Positions 23,989-41,079 of a stretch of 64,000 bases of DNA are shown here, piece after piece (positions within the stretch are counted from its first letter, which is position 1; each line of letters starts with the position of its first letter). A program made the position numbers and the translations under genes. This DNA comes from Dictyostelium discoideum (taxonomy: Eukaryota): the NCBI GenBank assembly GCA_000004695.1, contig CM000155.2:2912001-2976000 (forward strand), written 5' to 3'. The notes below the pieces were generated by a model. The model was given only the letters and a program-made list of their open reading frames with translations. It ran no database searches and was not told the origin of the DNA.

Positions 23989-24001
23989 TGGGAATCGAAC
24001 A
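23989..24001 (-). promoter_or_regulatory. Putative external B box (exB) of the tRNA-Ile gene: 'GTGTTCGATTCCC' on the minus strand, about 33-45 nt downstream of the tRNA 3' end.
   Basis: Matches the pol III B-box consensus GGTTCGAnnCC and lies just outside the mature tRNA. This arrangement is characteristic of Dictyostelium tRNA genes. Confidence 0.5.
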
Positions 24002-24033
24002 CTTGATCTTCATCAATGGAAAGAAAAATATCT

Positions 24034-24106
24034 TGCTCGATGCAGGGATCGAACCTGCGACCGTGGCGTTATTAGCACCACGCTCTGCCGACTGAGCTAA
24101 TCGAGC
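24034..24106 (-). tRNA. tRNA-Ile (anticodon AAU), 73 nt.
   Basis: The minus-strand read 'GCTCGATTAGCTCAGTCGGCAGAGCGTGGTGCTAATAACGCCACGGTCGCAGGTTCGATCCCTGCATCGAGCA' folds as a cloverleaf: acceptor GCTCGAT/ATCGAGC, D-arm GCTCAGTCGGCAGAGC, anticodon loop CTAATAA, T-arm GCAGGTTCGATCCCTGC. The anticodon arm is near-identical to known eukaryotic tRNA-Ile-AAT. Confidence 0.9.
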
Positions 24107-24456
24107 TTGCATGAAATCATATTAAAATTACGAAAAATTAACCCGATATTTTTACGAAATTCTAAGGAAATATTTTTTTATTAAAACCATCATTTTTTAA
24201 ATTAATTTTCCAATCAATTATAAAGATAAAAAAATAAAAAATCACCTTGTAAATATACATGGATTGCAAAACTATTTTTAAAAATTCCATACTTCTCTTT
24301 TTTCTAAGAATTTGTTTTTTTTGTTGAAAATGAAATACATTTTTTTTATTTTTTTTTATTTATTTTTAATTTTTTTTTTACAATTTTTAATTTTTAATTT
24401 TTTTTTTTTTTTTTATTGTATTCAAAATATATTGTGTATAAACACACATAACAATA

Positions 24457-29811
<5,355 letters not shown>

Positions 29812-29960
29812 ATTTTATAAATATTTTTTTTTTAATTGTTTTAAAATTTTATTATTTTTTATTTTAAAATTTATTTGTGGGTTCTTTTGAAATCAAATCA
29901 AATTAAAAGGTGGAAACTGAACTGATTGGATTTTATTAATGCTTTTTTACTAGAATTTTT

Positions 29961-29994
<34 letters not shown>

Positions 29995-30974
29995 TTTTTT
30001 ATTACAATCGGAAAAACTTCAAAAAAGGCAATTTGTTTGTTTAAAAAAAATTGAAATCCCATAATTTGTAAAATCAAATATGACCTTTAAAAAACCCAAA
30101 TTTTAAAAAAATAAAAAAATAAAAAATAAAAACACTATACAAACAAATTTTAATGAATAAATATTTTATTTATTTAAATTTATTTTCAAATGATTCCCTC
30201 TCAGATTTAAAAAAAAAAGATTTAATTTAACTACTTACAAACAAAAATATTGATGGGAATTATATTTTTTTTAAAAAAAAAAAAAAAAAAAACAACATTA
30301 AAAAGGATAAATAAAAATTAAAATACATAACCAACATCTGTAAAATCTTTAAAATCATATTCAATGCGAATATCTTTTTTTTGGAAAAAAAAAGAAAAGA
30401 TTTTAGGAATAAAAAAAAAAAAAAAAAAGTTTTAATAAGTAAGAACATAAATTTTTAATTATATAATAAAGTATTAAAAAAAAAAAGAAACCCACATTTT
30501 AAAATTTTTATATTTCAGATATACAAAGCTTGTAGATACTATTCCTAAGCGTACATGTATATTTTATATAGAGATAAAAAAAAAAAAAAAAAAGTTAAAA
30601 AGAATATGTTTATAATAAATAATAATACTCCACCATTGGTGTACTTAAGTGTTTGTTAGGTATTAATAAAAAGTGGTTTTTGTTTTTTTTAATTTTTTTT
30701 TAAAAATATTGAATTCTATAAAATTGAAGAAAATTTTTGATTAGTTTTTTTTTTTTTTTTTTTTTTGGTAACCATTAGTTGTATGGTTATTATTTACCTT
30801 TGATTCATTTGTAGTTTATTAAATTTATTTTGAATTATTTTGAACGGAGCTCTATTCCTCATATCCACTCAGCGACCTTTATTTCCTTTTACAATTTAAT
30901 TTTCAATCTTTTTTTTTTTTGGTTAAATATATATACAGAGAGTTGTTACCTTTTTTTGTCTTTTTTTTTTTTTT

Positions 30975-32498
30975 TTAAATAAGAACTTGATCCTCGTTTT
31001 GATTTATGTTTAAACCATTTTGAGAACCTAAAAGATTGAAATCTAAATCAATAAAAGTAGAAGAAGGGTGTGAATATATATTTACATCAAAATTTTGTTG
31101 TTGTTGTTGTTTATATTCTAAAACATTTGAAAAAGATGATTTAAGTTTTAATTGAGAATCAATTAATCTTACCTCATGACTAAATGCAGATGTAGATGAT
31201 GAATTAGCAGCAGCAACTACGATATCATTGTTGTGAATACCGTCATTTGATGATGAAGAGTCAATATTGTTGTTATTATCAAAGTCATTTGCAACTTGAT
31301 AATCTGTAAAACTTTGGCAGCTACTGGATCCATCAGATGGATAACTATAACAGGTTTCATTGGTAGAAATTGATTTGAGAACATCAGAATCAATCATTGG
31401 AAATTGAAAATCTTGAATTTGGCAACCAGAATTATTATTGTTATTGTTATTATTATTATTATTGTTGTTATTATTATTACTATTGTTGTTATTATTGTTA
31501 CCCAAGGCATCACACGATGTTGAAGTAATACTTAAATTACTTGATTCAGATGTAAATGGGAATGGAGTTGGTGTGTTTGGATTTGTTGGTGGTGAAGGTG
31601 GTAATGAAAATGTATTTGGTGTTTGAGGTGCCTCATGTGATGGAGGTGATGATTGGTACATATTTTGAAAATTATTTATATTATTATTATTATTATTGTT
31701 GTTAGTATTATGGTATGTAACCAATGAATTAACAATTGATGTCACTGAATTTAATTGTGTTGTAATTAATTTATTTTGTTGATAAAGTAATGATATTAAG
31801 TTTTTATCATTTTGACGTAATTTTTTAAGTTTTTTAATAGTTTTAGCCATATCAGATGTATGTCTATGATTTGATGATTTAGTTTTTTTTACAACTGGAC
31901 TATTTGTTGATGAGATTGATTCATTATCAGTTATTATTTCTTTATTATTACAATTACTATTATTATTATTATTATTACTATTACTATTTAAATTATGATT
32001 ATTATTACTATTGTTATTATTAATTGCATCTCTATTATCTTTATTTATTACTGTATTTGTTATTTTTGATACACAACGAATTGATTCAGTGTATAATGAT
32101 TTACCATCTAATTCCAAGATAATTTTAAATAAATTATTTTCATGTTTAGATGATAAAGTTTGGATTCTTGTTTCTACGGTTACTGTTTGATCTTTGATGT
32201 AGATATTGTAATCCAATGGACTGGTTTTTAAAGAGTTTACCTTACTTTCCAAATCATTTTCGTATACTAATTTTAGTGAAACTTTATCTTTGGTAAGGTT
32301 TTGGAATACACCTCCATTTGATTTATTTAATTTATTTGAATTTAATTTCTTTGGATCGATTACCAAAAGGAATGGAATATTTTTGGTAACAATGTTTACA
32401 CTATTATCAGCTTTTAGTGTATCAACTAATGTGACATTAAATTTGGAATTTTGGAATTTTGTTGTTGTTGTAGTTGTTGTTGTTGTTGTTGTTGACAT
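30975..32498 (-). CDS. Hypothetical protein, 507 aa. It has a structured N-terminal ~150 aa, then poly-Asn, a short basic/coiled segment (KTIKKLKKLRQNDKNLISLLYQQNKL) and a Pro/Ser/Thr-rich tail.
   Basis: A long ORF with Dictyostelium codon usage, flanked by AT-rich non-coding DNA. I recognise no family. Confidence 0.5.
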   Translation of the reverse strand: MSTTTTTTTTTTTKFQNSKFNVTLVDTLKADNSVNIVTKNIPFLLVIDPKKLNSNKLNKSNGGVFQNLTKDKVSLKLVYENDLESKVNSLKTSPLDYNIYIKDQTVTVETRIQTLSSKHENNLFKIILELDGKSLYTESIRCVSKITNTVINKDNRDAINNNNSNNNHNLNSNSNNNNNNSNCNNKEIITDNESISSTNSPVVKKTKSSNHRHTSDMAKTIKKLKKLRQNDKNLISLLYQQNKLITTQLNSVTSIVNSLVTYHNTNNNNNNNNINNFQNMYQSSPPSHEAPQTPNTFSLPPSPPTNPNTPTPFPFTSESSNLSITSTSCDALGNNNNNNSNNNNNNNNNNNNNNNNSGCQIQDFQFPMIDSDVLKSISTNETCYSYPSDGSSSCQSFTDYQVANDFDNNNNIDSSSSNDGIHNNDIVVAAANSSSTSAFSHEVRLIDSQLKLKSSFSNVLEYKQQQQQNFDVNIYSHPSSTFIDLDFNLLGSQNGLNINQNEDQVLI

Positions 32499-32566
32499 TT
32501 TATATTTTATTAATATTAATTTATATATATTTTTTTATTATTATTATTATTATAAAATATTAAATT

Positions 32567-32608
<42 letters not shown>

Positions 32609-32609
32609 A

Positions 32610-32654
<45 letters not shown>

Positions 32655-33489
32655 GATTAATAAATTTATTTAATTAAATAATATTGTTGTTTTTAAAAAA
32701 ATATTGTTTAAAAATATATATATATATATTTTATTTAAAAAAAGAAAAAAAAAAAAAAACTTTTATAGTAATATTAGTGTTAAGTGATATTATAAAACTA
32801 ATGGACAAAATGTTATTTGTTTAATGTTGTGTTTATTGGGGTGTGGAAAAAATTTCAATAAAAAAAAAAAAAAAAATTTATCAGCCAAAAAAAAAAAAAT
32901 TAAAAAAAAATTAAAAAAAATTAAAAAAAAATTAAAAAAAATTAGAAAAAATTTTTTGGTTGTTGAATTTTCTATTGTGGAAAAAAAAAAAAAAAAGAAA
33001 GAAAAAACAAAGAAAAAAATGAAAAATTAAAAAATTAAAAAAATAAAAAAATAAAAAAAGAAGATTTGTTAAAACTTAAAAAAATAAAAATAATTTTCTA
33101 AACGATTAAAAAAAAGTGGGAAAAAAGTCAAAAAAAATATATTTTATATATTTAAATATGATGACTTATACAAAATACATGTACAAAAATCTGAAAAAAT
33201 AAAAATATATCTAAATATAATTTATTATTTATTTTTTTTTTTTTTTTATTTATTTTTTTTTTATTTCATTTTTTTTTTGAATTGATTAAACTCTTCTTTA
33301 ACTAATTTAAAAGAGTTTTTTTTTTTTTTTTTTATTTTCGCGTTTAAAATACATGTAATTATTTTTTTTTTTTTTTTTCTTTTTTTTAATTTTTTTTTTT
33401 TTCGCCTTTAAAATTTTTTATTTTTTTTTATAATTTTTTCATTTTTCAATTTTTTTTTTTCATAAACAAACAAATAAACATATAATAAA

Positions 33490-33935
33490 ATGTCAAGTGG
33501 TATTGGTGCTTGGGGTGGATCTGGTACATGTTATCCAATTTTTTCAGATTTTTGTACATGTATTTTTGATAAACCATTAGAATTATGTGAACCATACAGA
33601 AAAGATTATTTAGAATGTCTCCATAATGTTAAAGAAGTATATATCATTATCATCATTATCAACCAATCAATCAACCACTGATAGCAATAAAATTACCATA
33701 AATCAACTTGTGAATTCACCCCCCCAAAAAAAAAAAAAAAAAAAAAAAAAACCCACCATCAACAAAGTGATACTAATTTTTCTTTCTTTTTTTTTTTTCC
33801 CCTTAAATAAAAATATAGTATAAGAGTCAATCATCAGAAAATTACCATAAAGGTGGTGAGGAAAGAATTAACAAAGTTAGAGAAGCAATTAAAAGAGCTC
33901 AAGAATATGATCCAAAAAAAGGAAAATCTGAATAA
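33490..33935 (+). CDS. Small Cx9C-motif (CHCH-type) protein, possibly an NDUFS5-like complex I 15-kDa subunit, 87 aa. Exons 33490..33636 and 33819..33935, intron 33637..33818.
   Basis: 'CEPYRKDYLEC' is a Cx9C motif, preceded by 'CYPIFSDFCTC', followed by a basic C-terminal exon 'YKSQSSENYHKGGEERINKVREAIKRAQEYDPKKGKSE'. The donor E|gtatat and the acceptor tatag| are in phase 0. The pattern resembles NDUFS5 (CHAFEKEWIEC ... CKIEYDDFVEC). Confidence 0.55.
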
Positions 33936-34447
33936 ATTCAATTTTTTTTTTAATAGTAATAAATAATAATAATTAATAACTAATAATAATAATAATAATA
34001 ATATAATTTAGTGATAATACGATAAAACCCAAACAACAAAAAAAAAAAAAAAAAAGAACAAACTAGCATCACCCTTTTTTTTATAGTGCTAGAATATTAC
34101 ATGTAAAAAAAAAAAAGAAAAAAATAATAAAAAAAAATAATAAAAAAAAATATATATAATTTAAAAATAATATACTATTTTAATATAATTAATTTGAATC
34201 AAATTTATGAGAATTTTTGTTAACTTTTATTTATTTATTTATTTACACCAATAATCATAATAACAATAATAATAATAATAATAATAGACCATTTTTGGTT
34301 TTTGTACTTTTATTTATTATATACAATTAAATTCTTTACTTTGTTTTTTTTTTTTTTTTTTCATTATTTTTTTTCTTCTATAGTTATTAATTATGATACA
34401 AGTTAAATATGTGTATATATTTTAATTCTTTTTCACTAAAAATTAGC

Positions 34448-34747
34448 CAAATGGGATAGTAATTGAAATATCATCACCAAATGCACCCCATTTATTTCTA
34501 TTTACTAAATAAATACCCATCCAACCCATGAAAATGGTTGAATATCCTAAAAATCCAATTAATGAGAATTTTAAATCTAAATAAATATAAAAAAAAAAAA
34601 AAAAAAAAAGATAAATTAGTTAATTAATATTTAAAATTTTTAATTTAATAATAATAATAAAATTATACATACACCATTTTACTTTATCATTCAAAGAATT
34701 TCTATATGGTATAAAATATAAAATGTTAATTAACCAAACCCAGGTAA
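34448..34747 (-). CDS. 3' end of a multi-exon membrane-protein gene: the last two exons, about 34654..34747 (runs into the gap) and 34448..34577. The upstream exons are lost in the N-gap at 34749..34848.
   Basis: The minus-strand translation '...LTWVWLINILYFIPYRNSLNDKVKW|YLKFSLIGFLGYSTIFMGWMGIYLVNRNKWGAFGDDISITIPFG*' has hydrophobic helices. The intron between the two exons has a GTATGT donor and a TTTAG acceptor. Confidence 0.4.
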
Positions 34748-34848
34748 GNNNNNNNNNNNNNNNNNNNNNNNNNNNNNNNNNNNNNNNNNNNNNNNNNNNN
34801 NNNNNNNNNNNNNNNNNNNNNNNNNNNNNNNNNNNNNNNNNNNNNNNN

Positions 34849-35689
34849 CACTCGTTCAGATTTATCAAGAAGAAATCCAAACAATTCTCATGTCCTTGCC
34901 GCAAGATTGGATGACTATGGTAGATACCATTATCAACAAGAACCATTATATCAAGATAAAATGGCTAAAGAAGCCTTCAAATTGGCTAAAGCTGAAAAGA
35001 AGAATGAATACGTTGCCAATAAAGCAGTACTTCAAAAAGAAGGTCTCATTAGAGCTGTTGAAAGAAATGATAAACTTAATAAAACTCAAATTGCACCTGA
35101 AAGACCAATTTTCAAGAATGATACTATGGTTATTGAAGAACCAGTGCTTACAAATACAATTGTTTACGAAACAGTTCCAACTACTTCAACTTCACAAATT
35201 TTAATTCCACAAGAAACAATCATTACTGAAAATAAAACATTTGAACAACCAACTTTAGAGAAACAAACAACTACAACAACCACCACTACTACAACATCAT
35301 CATCATCTGAAGGTAGCTCAAATGTTGCCCCTCCACAAGAAACTTTTGTTCCACAATTAGAAAAGGATGAAGCTCCAATTTATAGAGAAGAAGTTGTTTT
35401 GGTTCCACACATTGAAGAGGATACTTTTGATTCTGGTAATCAACAATTAAGTTATTCTGAAATTACTCAAGTTCCAGTTCAAATGACAAGTAGTGAATTT
35501 GGTGGTGGTGGTGGCAACAATAGTGGTTCTTCAGGTAGAAAAGGTAAAAAAGGTAAAAAACAACAATATCGTAAAGAAATCATTACAAAACAATCAACTG
35601 ATGGTGGTAAATCTTGGACAAATGATTCAAACTTGGCTGGTGATAATGTTGAATTTATTCAAGAACAAACAACAATTAGAAATCAATAA
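34849..35689 (+). CDS. Hypothetical protein, 5'-partial; the ORF is open from the gap edge. The annotated 'M' at 34907 is a TTG codon, so the real start is upstream in the gap. Lys/Glu-rich N-region, Thr-rich middle, GGGGNNSGSSGRKGKKGKK near the C-terminus.
   Basis: The reading frame is open from 34849 (first base after the Ns) to the TAA at 35689: '...RSDLSRRNPNNSHVLAARLDDYGRYHYQQEPLYQDKMAKEAFKLAKAEKKNEY...'. Codon usage is good. Confidence 0.5.
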
Positions 35690-36896
35690 ATTATTATTTA
35701 ATAAAAATATTTAATAAAATTTTATTAATATTTTTTTAATTTAATAATTTTTTTATTTATTTTTATCATCTTTATTATTATTAAAAAAAAAAAATATCAA
35801 TAAAATAGTCAAAAGAAAATTGATATTTAAAAAAAATAAAAATAATCATTAATTTATATTATAACGAATTTATTAACTAATATCAATAATTCGTTTTAAT
35901 ATTAAAAATAAAAAATAAAAAAATATAAAAAAAAATTTAATTATTATAATAAAAAAAAAATTAATAAAGCTTGTATAATTTTAATAATTTGTAATTAATT
36001 TATTTATATTTAAAGTAGGTTATTGTTTATATAATTACTAGTTAACGGATATTAATTTTGTTTAATCTATTTGAATCTACTATACTATATCCATTTTGAT
36101 TTCTTATAAATCAAATAAAATAATTACTAAAAAAAAAAAGTAAAAAATCAGGTGAAAAAAAAAGAAAAAAAAAAAAAAAACCCATTTTTATCTAACCAAA
36201 ACCATTTCATTACAAGTCAAATTTGATAATCTTTTAAATATGACAATATTATTTTATTTGAAAAAAAAAAAAAAAAAAAAAAAAAATTCACCCAAAATCG
36301 AATTAAAAAAAAAAAAAAAAAAAATTCAAACCAAATACCAAAGATTTCCCACCCCTAATTCTTAAAAAAAAAAAAAAAATTTAAAAAAAATTTTAAAAAT
36401 AAAAAACCCCTTTTAACATAAGGAATTTAAAATATTTAAATAAAAAAAACTTCCCCAAACTTATAACCCCCAATTTGCTCGACAATAATTAATTAATTAA
36501 TTAATTAAAATTTTTTTTTTTAATTTTTTTTTTTTTAATAATTAAAAAATAAAAAAAAAAAAACCCTTTTTTTTTTTTTTTTTTTTTTTTTGAAGGGAAA
36601 AATTAAAAATGAAAATTTAAAAATCCCGGGAAAAAATTTAAAAAAAAAAAAAAAATTTCCTTCCAAAAAAAAAAAATTAAAAATAAAAAATTCTGGGGGG
36701 GGGGAAAAAAAAAAACCCCCAAATTTTAAAAAAAAAAAGGGCCCCAAAATTTTAAAAAAAAAAAAAATTTTTTTTTTTTTTAAAAAAACCATAAATNNNN
36801 NNNNNNNNNNNNNNNNNNNNNNNNNNNNNNNNNNNNNNNNNNNNNNNNNNNNNNNNNNNNNNNNNNNNNNNNNNNNNNNNNNNNNNNNNNNNNNNN

Positions 36897-38768
36897 CAAA
36901 AATTGAAATTAATGGTAGTACTACTATACCCTTTGAGATCAAAAGAGGAGTTAAACAAGGAGATCCACTATCACCCACCCTGTTCGTCCTTGTAATAGAG
37001 GCTTTAGCTAGAAAAATTTTACAAGATGACCGAATTACTGGCCTTCCTCTAAACAACAGCAACCACAGAGAGAAATTCCAAAGCTTTGCAGACGACTCGG
37101 CTTCAATGGTCCCAGACTCTCAACAACTTGAATTAGTACTACAACACTTCAATTCGTTTTGCAAAGCCACTTCCTCAAAACTAAACATCGACAAATCTTC
37201 ATCAATTCTTATAGGCAACCCAGACAATACCAACCAAAGAATTCCAATATCTACAAATCCAGAAAGATACTTGGGATACTTCTTCACAGGCAAAGGGATA
37301 ACAAGAAAAATGCCAGAAATATTAAACACAATAAGATCATCCTTAGTACTATGGAAAACCACTGACTCAACAATCAAAACCAAAACCAACATCCTCAAAG
37401 CATTCGCACTCTCTAAATTAACCTACTATTCATATGTAGAGAAATTTAAGGAAGAGGAATTAAACCAAATCAATAAATTAGTCGAATGGTTTTTATCGGC
37501 ACCAAACAACAAAAATGCTAGTGGATTTCAAGTTATTAATTTAATGAGAACCAAAAGAGCAAGATACCCACTAAAAGTAGGAGGCTGGAACATTTGGAAT
37601 ATAGAATTGAGACAACTGGCGCAGAAACTTTGGATCATAAACCAATTCATCCTAGCACTAGAAACCAAACAAACAAACTCATCTCATTACAAAAGCTGGG
37701 AATATCAGATCCAAAAAAACAAATTCACATCCAGATACCTAAAAGAAAACTTAGACGAATGGAACAAAATAAGAATAAAAAAAGCAATCTTCAACAATAA
37801 TCTCACATCCATAAAAAACGAAAATGGACAACCACTTTCACTGGCAGAATGGTATACCACAATTCAAGACCAAAATCCAACCATCCCTAAAACGGAATTC
37901 CAATCATCTCTAAACTTAAGAGGCTACAGCTATAATCAACTCTTCAACAACATACTGAAGATAAAAGACCATAAAACAAGAGACACAATGTTTAGATTCC
38001 ATGCCAGATGCCTTCCAATAAACTACCTTCACAACAAACAATGCCCACTCTGCAAAGAAGATATGAGCAAAGACCCATACGGTCACCTGTTCTTCTCATG
38101 CAAGAAAACAAAACAATTCATAAAAATAAATAAACTCAAAAATTTCATCTATATTACCACAGGCAAAGGTAAAAACTGGCACCATACAAGAATTAGGCAA
38201 AATAACAATTTCATTAATAGAATAACTCCAAAATTATCACCGACAGCCAAAAAAGATCAAGAAGTGAATGCAGATTACGCCAACCACAGATTCCACAAAG
38301 AATACTTTGAATGGAACTATAAAGCAATAGACTATGATCTAACCAGATCATTCGCATATAGAAACCTAATGGCCCTTATCCTCCACAACATTTGGATTTG
38401 GATTTGCAATCAAATATACAGTGAAGATCCTTTAACAGATGAATCACTATCATACAGCTCCCTTCTAAAGAAATGGCACAAATTGGCCACTCTAGAATAC
38501 ATCAAAAAAGCAAAAGATCTGAAAAACTTATCAGCAAAAGACCATAATAACTTCAAAGATCCTAAGATCCTTCTCACTTCAACGATCAAGCTAAGAAAAA
38601 CAAAAGCTAATTACTATTGTATTCCAGAATCATCTCTCCCAAATATTATATCTTTTGATCAATTCATATGATTAAAATAACCCTTCAGCTTAAATGATAA
38701 GCCTTTAAATAAATATTAAATAAAACTCGTATTAACACAGATGGACATATATCAATCTTGTTAATCCA

Positions 38769-38800
<32 letters not shown>

Positions 38801-38810
38801 TTGTATTAAT
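36897..38810 (+). mobile_element. Non-LTR retroelement (TRE family, probably TRE3-type), 3' portion: ORF2 reverse-transcriptase C-terminal half to the stop at 38671, a 3'UTR and a poly(A) tail at 38775..38810. The 5' part is lost in the N-gap (36797..36896) and in a low-quality stretch.
   Basis: 'IKRGVKQGDPLSPTLFVLVIEAL' and 'FADDSA' are the RT B' and C motifs. A C-terminal Cys/His-rich segment follows (CPLCKEDMSKDPYGHLFFSCKK). The element ends in A33. A fragment of this same sequence recurs at 41788..42410, downstream of tRNA-Lys. Confidence 0.8.
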
Positions 38811-39995
38811 AATTTCCAAGCCCTTAGAGATTTACCAATTTGATTTATTTTAAATGAATTAACAGGAAAGTGAATCGATGAAAACTCTCCAGGTGTTTCA
38901 TTTTGAGAAATCATTTAATTTAAAAAAAAAAAAAAATATAATTGTTGGGCTTGTTTTCATTCTTTTTAAAAATATCATTATTACTAAAATCACCCATAAA
39001 TACACCATATAAACCTTATTTTCTTTTAAATTTATATCGAGTTATCAATAATTGATCATTTTTTTAACGAGATCCATTTAGGTATGTTATTTTTAGAATT
39101 TTAAAAATTATTTTTTTTTAAAAAAAAAAAACCAAAACAATCATAATTTAATATTAAAACTTATAAATAAAAACACTAAAAACACAAAAATTATGAATAA
39201 AAATAAAAATAGAAAAAAACAAATATAGATTTAAAATTCCAGTAACCATGGTAATTTATTAACCCGGATTAAAATATTATAATTGGGGATATTACATTTG
39301 GAAAATCTAAAAATTAATACCATTTTGAAAATTTACAAAAAAAAAAAAATAAAAATAGAATTAATCCCTGGTATTAATAAATAATAAAAAATTAAAAAAT
39401 AAAAATAAAAAATAATATTTTTTTAAAATAATGGGGATCATTATTTTTTTAATAAAAAAAAAGTGATTACCAATTTTAAAGAAAGAAACCAGGTTAAATA
39501 AATAATTAGTTTTTTTATTATCAAAGTTGAAAAATCTAAAATGACATTGAAAAGATATTATGATCTGGCCTATCACTTTTAATAATTTACTAAAATAGAA
39601 GATATTTTTTAACATGCGGCATAGGTTATTATAAAATTACAAAATGTCAGTAGTGGGCACAAAAATGAATAAAATTTAAATAAAATTTAAATAAAATTAA
39701 AATAAAAAAAATTAAAAAAATCTTGAAAAAAAAAAAAAAGATATTTTTCAAAAATTATAGGAATAATGGCTTTTCAAAAATAATTAATATGGTTAAAATA
39801 TCTAATTTTTCATTTTTTTTTTATTTTTTATTTTTTTTTATTTTTATTTTTTTTTTTAGATTAAAAAATATCTGATTTTATTAATTTTGATTATTTTTAT
39901 TTTTATCCTGGTATTTCTTTTTTTTTTAAAATAAAAACAAAATTTTTTTTTTTTTTTATTTTTTAATATTATATTTATTTTTGTATTTGTAAAAA

Positions 39996-41079
39996 ATGAG
40001 ATTATTTCTTTTATTAATTACTTTTATTGCATTATTTGGTGCTATTAATGCATTTTCAGGTGTTGATATTTCACAAGGAAGTTCTGTAGGTGATTTCCAA
40101 TGTATGCTAAATCAAGGTTTTGAATTTGCAATCATTAGGTAATTATACAATTTATTAAAAAAAAATAAAACTTGTTTTAAAATATTTAAATATATTAATT
40201 TATAATTCAAAATTATAGAGGTTATATGGAAACTGGTCAAGTTGATCCAGAAGTTGTAAACAGTATTGCATGTGCACGTGAAGCTGGTGTCGAATATGTT
40301 GATACTTATCTTTTCCCATGTAAGAATGAAATTATTTTAATTTTAAACTTTATTTAAATGTGAATAATAAATTTATTTACAATTATTTTTTTAAAACATT
40401 TTCAGGTTTTAATTGTGGTAACCCACAAGATCAAGGTCCAGCTTTAGTATGTTTTGATTTTTTTATAATAATAATTATTTTATTTAGAAATATATATATA
40501 TTAAAAACCAATTCTAATATATAATTTAAAATTATTAATAGGTTAACTACTTAAGTGGATACAATGCTAACTATGGTATGGTATGGTTAGATATCGAATC
40601 ATCAGATTGGAGTGGTGATCAATCAGTATGTATCAATAATAGTAAACTTTAGAGTCTTTCATTTTTTTATTTAAACTACTAATATTAAAAATTTAATTTA
40701 AATAGGCAAATGTTGCATTTTTTGAAGGCTTAATTTCAGGTTTACAAAGTGTTGGTGCTCATATTGGTGTATACACCTCAGCTTCACAATGGATTCCAAT
40801 CATGGGTGGTTATACTGGTGGTTCCGAATTCCCACTTTGGGTAAGTTGTTTTTTTTTTTTTTTTAATTTTTTATTATTTTATTATAGATTTTATAGTATT
40901 ATTCGATATTAATAAAAACTCTTTCATTCAACAACAACAACAACAATTAGTATGCCAATTGGGATGGAGTACAAAGTTTTGATGATTTTTCAGCATTTGG
41001 TGGTTGGAGCACTCCAGCAATTAAACAATATAATGATGGTGGTAGCAACTGTGGTGTTGGTTATGATTTTAATTGGTGA
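39996..41079 (+). CDS. GH25 (Chalaropsis/Entamoeba-type) lysozyme, secreted, about 210 aa, six exons: 39996..40138, 40219..40319, 40406..40446, 40542..40625, 40706..40840, 40951..41079.
   Basis: Signal peptide MRLFLLLITFIALFGAINA, then 'GVDISQGSSVGDFQCMLNQGFEFAIIRGYMETGQVDPEV...' (the GH25 N-terminal block G.D.S..QG.ID...). The C-terminus is 'YANWDGVQSFDDFSAFGGWSTPAIKQYNDGGSNCGVGYDFNW*'. All introns have GT(A/ATGT)...AG boundaries and the phases are consistent (2,1,0,0,0). Confidence 0.8.

Noticed and set aside
34907-35689. The ATG start at 34907 given in the ORF track
   Set aside because: The codon at 34907 is TTG. The frame is open back to the gap edge, so the gene is 5'-incomplete rather than starting here.
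36590-36896. N-terminal ~100 codons of the 693-aa ORF (MKGKIKNENLKIPGKNLKKKKKF...)
   Set aside because: This lies in low-quality homopolymer sequence and is followed by the N-gap. Only the post-gap part (36897..38671) is real retroelement ORF2.
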